Shown here: piece after piece, positions 38,401-47,478 of the stretch
Position numbering within the stretch: the first letter of the stretch is position 1
Layout: the number at the start of each line of letters is the position of its first letter
IMG/VR virus record: IMGVR_UViG_3300021400_003815
Strand: one strand, 5' to 3'
From: an uncultured virus (IMG/VR IMGVR_UViG_3300021400_003815)
Lineage: Duplodnaviria > Heunggongvirae > Uroviricota > Caudoviricetes
Length of the DNA: 64,000 nt
Program-made: the position numbers and the translations under genes
Notes under the pieces: model-generated
Database searches by the model: none
Told to the model about the DNA's origin: nothing
Seen by the model: only the letters and a program-made list of their open reading frames with translations

Positions 38401-40534
38401 GGTCAAGTAACTTGAACGTATAATCAGTTATAGCTGCTTTCTTCTCTTCCTCACCAAGAACTGCACCTTCAAACAGCTTTTCAGCTGATGTATTATATAC
38501 ATCCTTATTAGCAAATAATGCTTCGTCGTATGCACTTTGTCCATCTATAATACCATAGAAATCAAGATAACTTAAGTATATCCAAGGTGTAAATGATGCA
38601 AACTCTGTTCCCTCTACAACACCAAGAACATTAATAGCTGTCTGCATGTTAGAGTTTAACTGATATACAGCTCCTATTCTCATCGGAGCAGTATTTACAT
38701 TCTGCATTTCGTTATCATTAAACTTCTTTGTTACTTTATCTTTATTCTCAACTGTATTCTCCCAAAAAGTATAAAGAGTAAAAGGATTACGATTGGTTGC
38801 TAAAGAAGTCATAGTGTTATCTACAGTACTCTCATTTGTATATAAGGCTGTAGCTAATGCAGATAATGTTTTAGTCGACTTTACTGTATTGAAAAAATCT
38901 GCTTGTTTAGGTATAGCATAATCACCACCATCAATAGCTGATGTCTTATTTACATCAAGATACTTTAATGCATAATTAGTATATCTAGCTATTTCTTTTT
39001 CATTTGTATTAGGAGCTAAGTATGTTACATCCCTACCATCTCTACCACCTAAAAGTTGTGAAGCCCCATTATATGTAAATATTGAGTTCAGCACTTTTAC
39101 ATTTGTATTCATAGGATACCAGTTAGAAACTAATCCACTTCCTATCACTAATTTAGGAATAGAATCAGCTACTGAACTATCCTGTCCAAGCCATGTTGCT
39201 GCTGAATCAAATATATTACTACCTTTATAAGCAGCTATAGGTTCTATCTTAAATTTTACTCCATTTAGACTGTCCTTTGTTATTCTTTTATTTACTAAGT
39301 CTGTTATATTATTTCCAGCTGATATATCTGAAAAATCTGATTTTATCAAATCCTCAAATGCTTTATCTGAACTCTCTCCAGACTTAATTTTATTCTTAGC
39401 TTCTTCAAAATATATTAATGAGCTATCACTAAAAGCTATTGTCTTTCCACCAATACTATTATCATTAACCTTACATATTAAAGATGATGATATATCGTAG
39501 TCCTGTTTTTGAGCAGCTGCTGCTCCAGCCCCACTCTGTCCATAAGCTGAGTTAATAAGACTATTACCAGAATATTGTATATAATTACCCTGCATATATG
39601 TAGAAGTTAATAGATTGTACCTTTTATCTTTTGTTAAATGCTGATTATTACAAGCTGGTACAATTACTGTAACTTTACTTCCACTATTTGCAACTATATT
39701 TCCAAACGAATCTAAGTATAATCCGTAGTCTTTAAATGAATCTACATTTGATTTTACTGTGCTTCCATATTTGTTATTGTTTATAGCATTAATTACTAGT
39801 GCTGAAAATGTCTGCAAATCATATCCATCCCTATAGTCAAAGACTGTTTTAACAGTTCCACCTGATACAATATAAAGTTCTGGAAGTCTCATTTTCTTAG
39901 CATATGTTATATTCACATGATTATTCCATATACCAGCATTTCCATAGAAACTATCTATATTCTGCTCACCAGTTTCTGAAACATTTGCATATCCCTCAGA
40001 TGAGTCTCCCACTTTATCAAAGAATAGGTTCTTAACCTGAGCATCCTGCCCATCTTCATCTTTCCATTCACCTATTGCTTTTCCATTAACTGTATCATTA
40101 AACTTATTATCTACATCAATGTCATGCCATGCAACTTTTATTTTCGTAAGAGACTTACTCTGCATACCTATAGAGTAAGCTAGCATACTCTTAAGTATCT
40201 TCTCAGATTGAGCATCAGATGAAGCTCCAAACTTAAGAGCTTCAAATCCTCTACCCTCTGAACCACCATGTCCAACCTGAAATGCTGACTGATAATCATC
40301 CAAGAAAGGAATTGGAAAGTTACTACAGAATACTCCAAATGTTACTAGTTCCCATGGATCCCAATCCTCTGTCTCCCAAGAAGCTTCATTAAGTAATGGA
40401 GAACCTAAACCAGCACTTGTTCCAATATTGCTTCCAAAATTTAATGCTTTTGTATTTACAGGAGCAATTAAACCTATAAAGGAAGCTGCAATCAATGCCA
40501 ATGATATTATTTTTACTTTCAACTGTCTAACCAT
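35405..40534 (-). CDS. 1709-aa polytopic membrane protein with signal peptide and two large soluble domains (possible VirB6-like channel)
   Basis: N-terminal signal peptide; TM clusters at about aa 765-830 and 1415-1550; Ser-rich C-terminal tail. Confidence 0.65.
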   Translation of the reverse strand: MVRQLKVKIISLALIAASFIGLIAPVNTKALNFGSNIGTSAGLGSPLLNEASWETEDWDPWELVTFGVFCSNFPIPFLDDYQSAFQVGHGGSEGRGFEALKFGASSDAQSEKILKSMLAYSIGMQSKSLTKIKVAWHDIDVDNKFNDTVNGKAIGEWKDEDGQDAQVKNLFFDKVGDSSEGYANVSETGEQNIDSFYGNAGIWNNHVNITYAKKMRLPELYIVSGGTVKTVFDYRDGYDLQTFSALVINAINNNKYGSTVKSNVDSFKDYGLYLDSFGNIVANSGSKVTVIVPACNNQHLTKDKRYNLLTSTYMQGNYIQYSGNSLINSAYGQSGAGAAAAQKQDYDISSSLICKVNDNSIGGKTIAFSDSSLIYFEEAKNKIKSGESSDKAFEDLIKSDFSDISAGNNITDLVNKRITKDSLNGVKFKIEPIAAYKGSNIFDSAATWLGQDSSVADSIPKLVIGSGLVSNWYPMNTNVKVLNSIFTYNGASQLLGGRDGRDVTYLAPNTNEKEIARYTNYALKYLDVNKTSAIDGGDYAIPKQADFFNTVKSTKTLSALATALYTNESTVDNTMTSLATNRNPFTLYTFWENTVENKDKVTKKFNDNEMQNVNTAPMRIGAVYQLNSNMQTAINVLGVVEGTEFASFTPWIYLSYLDFYGIIDGQSAYDEALFANKDVYNTSAEKLFEGAVLGEEEKKAAITDYTFKLLDPQAGKEYRQELVDNFLEQFIVTEYNRIAFGSDSVKSGTVSTNSQSNFLKMHSIYENVIVGILAKFYVQNIVLVILVVLLLSTGFSILSGKGLGGIFGGVLLMLIASLMLPVTVDMLPYVCNNIVQGMFSPYETYWSVSQEISNQQVTSKSVGAEDDADAAEVDSYIKMLSLNQLDRTLFIKNDISKKIVENIEGIDYSELQRLKSTQWLLPVLLRQVSQQNGKADYVSVPVGDALRNAMSIYWYYRDSNTDTSIIQDIENNNNIEADLIKSMEPGESNTMSGKDIASVDTKKAMFEGYKDTSIDDNDIVGINYDHHAKSRIKDDTSNVHTYFYLLGHTGLDIPDPVAVTGSEELNTETWNKYAEYIKSNSSNSRFDFFKNKYFDTYVNDISNYNFYNNPVQQEFGYTWMTENTIPYFYASVKDSFDLSQSLGQLIYLLQGRVGTVYVRDEYGEETDQIYVDRFGRQMENTHKSFMIDYTNGQIKDFLDMQEMFTNVIPYMYNLQVLTAGNDDGTGILGDGYLGTDYPVYKDNKKYWLFRCNWVTKIVENRYYAGKQTIGYIDADGKHLRATINGGLDPSNYSKYRDMVFSEAQMEKMGLTEKDLSNVETSILKVNAATEEDWTLLLNYANVNNMKAEVLYRQMALIASMNFNKEFSGGNSLTSRAQLYPVNLDLRNLSFDAVMKLIVLSATNAPVTTSSTVIGVLSTSGLLAAIVLLLDALLIGSLLMFFRDLAVAVLTIMLLHRLIVKTISNEGKATVLLGTLFTYIKYGIMTVLYYSVFSFLMVVSAPDEVLHKANILSKSTGVVSVYVQLFVVLIATLAYIFAIIRGVIVFSWEHPDDMGFEAHMSMIRGVIGRTKEVASGVGRFRESFSKRAKETSASSSGGSSINPFGSSSGFGSSFSKSKANSSSESDDDDTKSSKRSRKSSDGSSGASTSEAYKGKSGYTNVNAVDTSRKDSDAIDKMIQNGEAKQSGAGNGQSQSGGVVSEAPKSGEYKG

Positions 40535-40535
40535 T

Positions 40536-43500
40536 TTATCTACCTGTTATCATACCTATAAAGAAATCTACTAATGTCATTACTACACTCAAAATCTTAC
40601 CAAGTGTTGTTATCACATCAGTGAGTGTTATAAATGCTCCAAGCATAATCATTATTAATGCCCTAGCTAATACACCAGAAAATGTAAGATACTTTATATC
40701 TCTAGTGTTTACAGAAGCCATTTCATCAGCATCTGTAACTGCTACACATTTACCAAAACTTATTATAGGCATTAACTTAAAACTAAAAGAGAATTGAGTA
40801 TCTATTGCCCAAGCTGCTAACAATAAAAGTGCATCTATAATTGCTAAGAATCCTAATATTATAGTAAATCCTCTAACTAAATTAACAAAGTTAATTCTAC
40901 CCGTCTTATTAATCTTATTCTGTATAACCTCTAGTGTCTTTACATTTAATATAATGGTATCTTTATCCTTAGCAAACACATAATCTGCCAAATTCATTTC
41001 TAGCCACTCTTCAAGAGCTCTCTCATCTATTCTATAGTTATATTTATTAACTGAAAGCCAGTTATTCCACCAAGCTAAGTTACCTGACTCTTGGTCCTCG
41101 CCCTTAATCCAACCACTATATAGCATACTATTATTCAAGTCTGCATTTACAAATATTCCATAGAACACATCTACTGAATTATCAGTTCCTAAATCAGAAC
41201 CATCTGCTTTATCTACATAAACACTATTAGCATCATTAGAAAATGGGAATGTTACTATAGGATATATAGTGCTACTATACTCTGTTTTATATAGTCCAGT
41301 ACCTTCATTAGCTTCTAAATCCTCATCAACGCTACTACTGCTACTGCTTGTACTTGTACTCTTAGTATTTGAATCCTTACTAGTAACAATTTTAGAATTT
41401 ACTACATCAGGTGTAGTTAGAGTTAATAATGCATTGCTTCCAAATGGGCTATGTGCTCTACCACTTTCATCTACTGGATAACCATTTACCTTAGTATTTA
41501 CATCCAATACTGTACCTGTAAAATGGAAGAAATGACAAACATCATTATTATCAGGTATAGCCAACCACTCATCCTTAGCTAAACTTCCATCTTCCTTTGT
41601 ATATGTCCAAGTTGAAGCACCAGATGTTGTAACTGATTGTGTATTCTCTGTCCATGATGAAACTCCACCATTATCAACTGTATATCTTCCACTGTAAAAG
41701 TTAAACATACCAACTTCATTTTCAAGTGCACTAACAATGTTTATACTCATTAAAGAGTTACTACCAAATACATTAGCTACACCATTACTCATGTTTCCTA
41801 TTACATCACCAGCTGAGTTTACTATGTCACCAGTGGCAGTCACTATAGTACCTCCTGCCCATGTAAGCCCATTTCCTACAGCATTAACTCCACTATTAAC
41901 AGCAACACCAGCCTTCTCCAAAATACCTGTATTAGTAGTTCCAGCATCTTCACTAGCTTTATAGATAGGATTGTATGCAACTTCAGCTACAGAATTATTT
42001 CCTATGCTTTTATTTAACTTATCTAATTCTGCCTTGTTTGACTCAGAGTCTGGATTAGTTGTTATACCTGTTCCATCATTAGTACCATCATCTAACTGTA
42101 ATTCCATGGCTCCATCAGGTTTAGCTGATGACAATACTATAGCTGTCTGCTCATGCCCAGAAGACCCTGACCTATAATCAAGTAAATCATTAACTGATAC
42201 TGCATCTGCTCCTGCTATAGGAGTTCCTTTTCTATCTATAAACTCTGCAAAATTATTCAAATCACTAATCTTAGCTTTACTAGGGTCATTAGGGTCAATC
42301 TCAAGTGCTTTTAATCTAACTCTCCTGCCTAAAGCTACAAAATTCTCATCTGACCCCATTAATCCAGGCATGTATGAATATTCAAGATAGTCTCTTAATA
42401 ATATACCTGTACATGTAGTTGTTTTATCTAGTACAGCTACATTCATCTTTCCCAATGTCACTAAAGATGAATTATTCTGACCAGCATCTTTATTATATGT
42501 ACCCACTACATTAAGCATTGCTTCTTGTGTATTTCTCTCTAGTTCTGTTAGTCTATTACTTTTCTTGTTAAGCTCAATCTTACATGTATAGATGTTAACA
42601 TTTATGAAATCACTTGTAGCTATATTAGCATAAGCATTATTTCCATCCCATGATATGCTCTTAACATAATTAACAGGATAAACTAATTTTATTATACGTG
42701 TTTCCTTGTTTCCAAACTGAGGTGACACCACAAGATATGAAGCTTGTGAACTATTCAATACATCCAATAATGCATCTATAGCCTTATCATTTATTTCATG
42801 TAGTCTGAGTGCTACTACAGGGAAACTATCATTGTTATCTGAGTATAACATTAAATCCTTATGTGCTTCTGGGTCATTTATTTCACTTGGGTCATAATTA
42901 GTATCATTGTTAGCATCATTAGTTAATGTATAAAATTTATTATTATCATCATAAAATGTTTGGTGCTTAGTATCTACAAAGAAATCCATTCCACCTGCAC
43001 CTGAATGTTGTCCAACGTATTCAGCTACGCTGACCTTACTATCTTCAGTGTTTGCATACAAATGCTTAACTGCATTTCCATATTCACTATCACCGCTATC
43101 TAAACCACTTTTAGCCTTCTGACACTCTTTAATAACATCAACATCTTTTATTATATCAGATAAATCTCCCTCACTCATATTTATAGTATATATGTTTGTC
43201 TCTAGTATCTTATTTAACTCTTGCTCTGACTTATCTGCAAATATATTGTATTTACCACCACCTAATGAAAAATATGAGTTATTACAATTTTTAAGGTACT
43301 CAGCTATCTTACCCTCATTTGTATTGTCACCACCATCTGTTGCATCATCTGTATCATCATCTGTATCAGAATCAGCATCTTCATCCTTCTCTGTAGCATC
43401 TCTAGGTTCAATTTTAGTACATTTAGCTACTATAGCTGCAGTTACATCAGCTGGTATGTCTGTTCTACCTCTCCAATCATTTATTCTTTTTGTTATAGCA

Positions 43501-43691
43501 TCTGACATTTCATTATAAGTATTATCACTCATTAAACCTGCATTATATAACCTAGTTAATTGCTCTCTATTCCAATTAAGTCTAGTAGTTATAGTATCAG
43601 CATATCCACTTAGCATATCATCTATAGAACAACTGGTAAGTAGTACAGATGTTAAGCCTATCAATACAACTCTTGCTACTTTCTTAAACAT
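40536..43691 (-). CDS. Large lipoprotein-signal protein with a cell-wall-binding-like repeat and C-terminal TM helices
   Basis: ATG at 43691 gives MFKKVARVVLIGLTSVLLTSC (lipobox); WTYTKEDGSLAKDEWL resembles a choline/cell-wall-binding repeat; hydrophobic C-terminus. Confidence 0.65.
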   Translation of the reverse strand: MFKKVARVVLIGLTSVLLTSCSIDDMLSGYADTITTRLNWNREQLTRLYNAGLMSDNTYNEMSDAITKRINDWRGRTDIPADVTAAIVAKCTKIEPRDATEKDEDADSDTDDDTDDATDGGDNTNEGKIAEYLKNCNNSYFSLGGGKYNIFADKSEQELNKILETNIYTINMSEGDLSDIIKDVDVIKECQKAKSGLDSGDSEYGNAVKHLYANTEDSKVSVAEYVGQHSGAGGMDFFVDTKHQTFYDDNNKFYTLTNDANNDTNYDPSEINDPEAHKDLMLYSDNNDSFPVVALRLHEINDKAIDALLDVLNSSQASYLVVSPQFGNKETRIIKLVYPVNYVKSISWDGNNAYANIATSDFINVNIYTCKIELNKKSNRLTELERNTQEAMLNVVGTYNKDAGQNNSSLVTLGKMNVAVLDKTTTCTGILLRDYLEYSYMPGLMGSDENFVALGRRVRLKALEIDPNDPSKAKISDLNNFAEFIDRKGTPIAGADAVSVNDLLDYRSGSSGHEQTAIVLSSAKPDGAMELQLDDGTNDGTGITTNPDSESNKAELDKLNKSIGNNSVAEVAYNPIYKASEDAGTTNTGILEKAGVAVNSGVNAVGNGLTWAGGTIVTATGDIVNSAGDVIGNMSNGVANVFGSNSLMSINIVSALENEVGMFNFYSGRYTVDNGGVSSWTENTQSVTTSGASTWTYTKEDGSLAKDEWLAIPDNNDVCHFFHFTGTVLDVNTKVNGYPVDESGRAHSPFGSNALLTLTTPDVVNSKIVTSKDSNTKSTSTSSSSSSVDEDLEANEGTGLYKTEYSSTIYPIVTFPFSNDANSVYVDKADGSDLGTDNSVDVFYGIFVNADLNNSMLYSGWIKGEDQESGNLAWWNNWLSVNKYNYRIDERALEEWLEMNLADYVFAKDKDTIILNVKTLEVIQNKINKTGRINFVNLVRGFTIILGFLAIIDALLLLAAWAIDTQFSFSFKLMPIISFGKCVAVTDADEMASVNTRDIKYLTFSGVLARALIMIMLGAFITLTDVITTLGKILSVVMTLVDFFIGMITGR

Positions 43692-43751
43692 TATTTCCGC
43701 CCTCAAATATAAAAATATAATTATATATTTACACTATTCCACTGAATATAA

Positions 43752-43783
43752 AAAACAGCAACTGTTTTAAAGTTGCTGCTTTT
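43752..43783 (-). terminator. Rho-independent terminator
   Basis: Minus strand AAAAGCAGCAACT-N7-AGTTGCTGTTTTTT. Confidence 0.75.
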
Positions 43784-43786
43784 CAA

Positions 43787-44254
43787 TCATATTAGTCCAA
43801 ATGCTCTCATCATTGGCTCTACTATATTATATGCTATTCTTAATATTGGTCCTGAACCTAAATTCAATAATGATAATATGATAGCCACTTTTAAAAATGA
43901 CAAGAATCTTCTTCTTATATATATTAGCATCTTTGATTTGTAACCATTACTTGCTTCTGATTGATAGGACTCTTCAAATGCTCTAACAGCATCTTTTGAT
44001 ATTAATGCAAATGGTATTTTTCTATCATCTCTAGTGCCATCCCAATTATATTTTCTAGCTAGCTCACCAAAAAATGGAACTGATATATACAGAACATCAA
44101 TAATTGTTACAAATGTCATAAAAAATACTATTAGCATTGTTACTATACCTAACAGACCACTTGTAAACCCTGTCATTCCAAATAGTACTTTATTTGTGAC
44201 TCCATTGTCTATTGCATAAGGAACATCTGAATATGTATCTAAATCATAACTCAT
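43787..44254 (-). CDS. Small 2-TM membrane protein, paralog 1 of the DxLY..P / SxxA family
   Basis: TIIDVLYISVPF...LISKDAVRA...LIYIRRR. Confidence 0.7.
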   Translation of the reverse strand: MSYDLDTYSDVPYAIDNGVTNKVLFGMTGFTSGLLGIVTMLIVFFMTFVTIIDVLYISVPFFGELARKYNWDGTRDDRKIPFALISKDAVRAFEESYQSEASNGYKSKMLIYIRRRFLSFLKVAIILSLLNLGSGPILRIAYNIVEPMMRAFGLI

Positions 44255-44264
44255 AATTAAAAAT

Positions 44265-44292
44265 TATGGGGAGTATATTTCAACTCCCCATA
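44265..44292 (-). terminator. Hairpin / probable terminator or attenuator between paralogs 2 and 1
   Basis: TATGGGGAGT / ACTCCCCATA followed by ATTTTT, ending 10 nt before the ATG at 44254. Confidence 0.6.
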
Positions 44293-44318
44293 GCTCCTTT
44301 TCTCTGTATTTCTATTAC

Positions 44319-45134
44319 TTAGTGACCAGCTGCAAAAGCGTTTGATACCATATCAATAACACCAGATGTAAGACTAATAGATATCTGCATAATTAATGCA
44401 ATATTACCAGTTACAAGAAGTACTATAGCTATACCCATTATAATTACAAATACTAAACGTTTTCCAATGTATATCAGAACTGGTGACTGGTATGTTTCTC
44501 CAGTTGTAGCCTTCTTTACAGCATAAGCTGCTTCATCTGACACATACTTAGCCTTTGCCATACCATCTTTGGTTGTACTATTACTATCTGCACCCTTTCC
44601 ATCAAGGAATGTTCTCATAAATGGAACTCCAAGATATAAAATATCTACTACAGTTATAAGTGATACTACTGTAAGTGTAATGTATACTAGTACACCAGCT
44701 GCAATAGATACAAAATCCCTAAATCCTGATAGTGCTGTTGCCGCTCCACCTGTATCAGCCTTAATATCATATGCCTGTACTATATCATTTAACTGGCTAT
44801 TTACACCAGCTGCTGACTTATCATGAGCCTTAGCCTCCACATTTGATATAGCACTATCAGCCGCTTTATCAATATTATTTAATGCGTCCTCTGTTACAAA
44901 ATATTTTTTGCCATTAATTGTAATACCAGCTAGGCCATCAGCTTGTTCTGTATTTACAGTACCTGCTGATGTACCATTAATTGTTAAATTTCCTGAAGCA
45001 TCAACACTAGTATTAAGCTGTGAAAGCTTACCACTAACCTCATCACCGGTAGCTGCAAATGCAGTTGCCCCACCAAAAACTGATAGTGTAGCTATCAATC
45101 CTAATGCACATACACACTTTTTAAACCTATTCAT
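44319..45134 (-). CDS. Signal-peptide plus 2-TM membrane protein, paralog 2 (pilin-like candidate)
   Basis: Signal peptide ending AFA; TVVDILYLGVPF...YVSDEAAYA...LIYIGKR...LLVTG. Confidence 0.7.
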   Translation of the reverse strand: MNRFKKCVCALGLIATLSVFGGATAFAATGDEVSGKLSQLNTSVDASGNLTINGTSAGTVNTEQADGLAGITINGKKYFVTEDALNNIDKAADSAISNVEAKAHDKSAAGVNSQLNDIVQAYDIKADTGGAATALSGFRDFVSIAAGVLVYITLTVVSLITVVDILYLGVPFMRTFLDGKGADSNSTTKDGMAKAKYVSDEAAYAVKKATTGETYQSPVLIYIGKRLVFVIIMGIAIVLLVTGNIALIMQISISLTSGVIDMVSNAFAAGH

Positions 45135-45883
45135 AATACTCCTCCAATGTCTTTAATCTTTGATATGTATGGATACACTATTGCAATTATAGTAAAAATT
45201 ACATTTACTTTTGTTGTAATTTTATATACTATCTTTTCCCATATGTCACCAGTTTTAAATTTCATGTTCTTTAGCATTAAAGATATAAGTACACATGTAA
45301 TTCCAAATGCCACTAATATTATAAATACTATATCATTACTCTTAAATATATTAAAATATAATAGCACAAATGGTATCAATAATATTATTAATGATATTAT
45401 CAGATTCTTTGGCATGTTAGCTTGCTTAGGTACAAGAGCTATTGTACTTTTCTTACTCCAGCAAACTAACCTTACACCTGCTGATGTCATCATATCACTG
45501 AATAAATGACTAAACCAACCAGACCAAAATCCTAAAATCAGTAATATAAATACTGTTGAATTATCTTTACTCAGTATACTATTTATCTTTAATGCTCCTA
45601 TTAAAGATATTAACCACACATCCCAACTGTGTGTTTGCCAAGACCTATGTCTACCACCTGTAAAGTGTATAATACTATTTATTACCTTGTTTATTACACT
45701 CTTTTCTTTTACGTTAGCCCAATCATGATCCAAATCTGGAAATAATGCTCCCTGCTTAGAAGCTAAGAGCATTACTAAAAGATTTACATAGTAACCAGTG
45801 TAACTTAAATGTAACTCAGATACTAATATGTTAGTTACTAAAGCAAATGATATAGCAAATTCTCTATGAGTTCTATATGTCAT
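45131..45883 (-). CDS. Membrane-bound metal-dependent hydrolase (YdjM-like)
   Basis: RTH, LFPDLDH, HRSWQTHS, SHLFSDMMT..GV motifs; multiple TM helices. Confidence 0.82.
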   Translation of the reverse strand: MTYRTHREFAISFALVTNILVSELHLSYTGYYVNLLVMLLASKQGALFPDLDHDWANVKEKSVINKVINSIIHFTGGRHRSWQTHSWDVWLISLIGALKINSILSKDNSTVFILLILGFWSGWFSHLFSDMMTSAGVRLVCWSKKSTIALVPKQANMPKNLIISLIILLIPFVLLYFNIFKSNDIVFIILVAFGITCVLISLMLKNMKFKTGDIWEKIVYKITTKVNVIFTIIAIVYPYISKIKDIGGVL

Positions 45884-45887
45884 TTAC

Positions 45888-46238
45888 TTAAACAAGCTCC
45901 TTAATCTGATTGATTGCTACTGAAGGCTCCAAGTCCTCAACTCTCTTAAGCTGAATTACATTACTATCCTCAACGAAATCATCCATTTCTCTCAATGTAT
46001 TTTCAAGCTTAGTAGAAGCCTTTGTACTTACTCTGATACAATGTCCAAGCTTACCACCAACCTTTAGTATTGTCTTTCTTGTTGGTTTGAAGTGACATCT
46101 ACCAATTAATGTAGCTGTTTCACCTTTCTTAAGTGACTCTATAACTGAATCTGTTTCAGCCTTAAGTACACTTCTAACAACCCTCTCACTAAGTCCTGTT
46201 CTATTACATATATCCTGTAATCTTTCTTCAACTGTCAT
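45888..46238 (-). CDS. HU/IHF-like DNA-binding protein
   Basis: ICNRTGLS...SLKKGETATLIGRCHF...KASTKL pattern typical of the HU fold. Confidence 0.65.
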   Translation of the reverse strand: MTVEERLQDICNRTGLSERVVRSVLKAETDSVIESLKKGETATLIGRCHFKPTRKTILKVGGKLGHCIRVSTKASTKLENTLREMDDFVEDSNVIQLKRVEDLEPSVAINQIKELV

Positions 46239-46267
46239 TTTCCTTTATCCTTCTTCCACTCTTTTCT

Positions 46268-46573
46268 TTAAATATCTATTTCTCTACTACTTATGTTATA
46301 AACATTTCCATTCTTGACTGTGTTAAATTCTGCCATGTCTGCACCATACATTGCACTGTCTAGCTTAGATGAGAACTTAGCACTTGTTTCAACATCAATA
46401 CTTTCTATCTGTTCATCCATAAGAATCATAGATAATAAATCTAAATCTGACTGAAGCTTAGCTCTGAATATTGAGTCTTGCTTCATTTCATTAACTTCTT
46501 CTCTTCTTCTAAGAACCATCTCTCTTTTTATACGGTTCTTATTTTTCATTACATTTCGTAATCTATTAAACAT
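46268..46573 (-). CDS. Hypothetical protein
   Basis: 101-aa ORF in the same-strand cluster. Confidence 0.65.
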   Translation of the reverse strand: MFNRLRNVMKNKNRIKREMVLRRREEVNEMKQDSIFRAKLQSDLDLLSMILMDEQIESIDVETSAKFSSKLDSAMYGADMAEFNTVKNGNVYNISSREIDI

Positions 46574-46578
46574 TATGT

Positions 46579-47388
46579 TTATCCAATCATACCTGCTAAT
46601 CCTGATCTTAAGAAGCCATCTACCATAACACCAAGCTTAAGACCTATCTGAGACATTGTACCTGTAAGAGCAAGTACTACTAATACTCCACTAATAACAC
46701 TTCTAACTGCTACTTGTCCAAAGTATACTTTATACTTGTTAGGCTGCTGAGCCGCCATCACAGCTTCATCTGAAACAAGTCTTAGACCACCCATTCCAGC
46801 CTGTCCACCAGACATGCCACCCATTCCGCCAGACATACCGCCCATGCCTCTGTTCATTCCAAAGCCTCCACCAAGGCCTCCGCCAAAACCAGAGCTCATA
46901 CCACCCATTCCAGAGTTCATTCCCATGCCACCGCCCATGCCAGGCTGTCCACCTGCTGGTCCACCAAGTAAACCTCTTAATGGTGAAGCTGTAAGATACA
47001 GAATGTCAAGTAATGTCATTAGACCCATTATAATAGACACTGCATTTGCAAGTATCTGTCCAATGGTAGCTGCTAATGGCTGAGCTGCTTCTCTAAACCT
47101 ATCAGCAGTCTTACTCTGTGTATCAAGCCTAGTTGCATTCATTAAACCTGCTATGGTATTGTTTGCACTCTGCTTATACTCTTCTCTAGATGCATCTGAA
47201 TACTCATAACTAGCACTATTATTTTCTACAGCTGACCCAGGTGCACTGGCACTTGTCTCTGCTATAGTTTCGGCTACTGTAGCAGTTACTTCATCCAATG
47301 ATTGAGCTGCTAAAACAGTGTTAGATATAGAAAAAGCCATCATAGAACATAAAAAGAGTACCTTTAATTGTCTGTTGCTTTTTTTCAT
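46579..47388 (-). CDS. Signal-peptide plus 2-TM membrane protein with Gly/Met-rich loop, paralog 3
   Basis: Start moved to ATG 47388 (AAGGAG); TLLDILYLTASP...GGM repeats...LVSDEAVMA...LALTG. Confidence 0.7.
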   Translation of the reverse strand: MKKSNRQLKVLFLCSMMAFSISNTVLAAQSLDEVTATVAETIAETSASAPGSAVENNSASYEYSDASREEYKQSANNTIAGLMNATRLDTQSKTADRFREAAQPLAATIGQILANAVSIIMGLMTLLDILYLTASPLRGLLGGPAGGQPGMGGGMGMNSGMGGMSSGFGGGLGGGFGMNRGMGGMSGGMGGMSGGQAGMGGLRLVSDEAVMAAQQPNKYKVYFGQVAVRSVISGVLVVLALTGTMSQIGLKLGVMVDGFLRSGLAGMIG

Positions 47389-47478
47389 GTTTAAATCACT
47401 CCTTAAACTATAAAAATTAATTCTTACAACACTACAAATCAAAGGTACTCTTTACTTATTATATTTTATTTAGACAGC

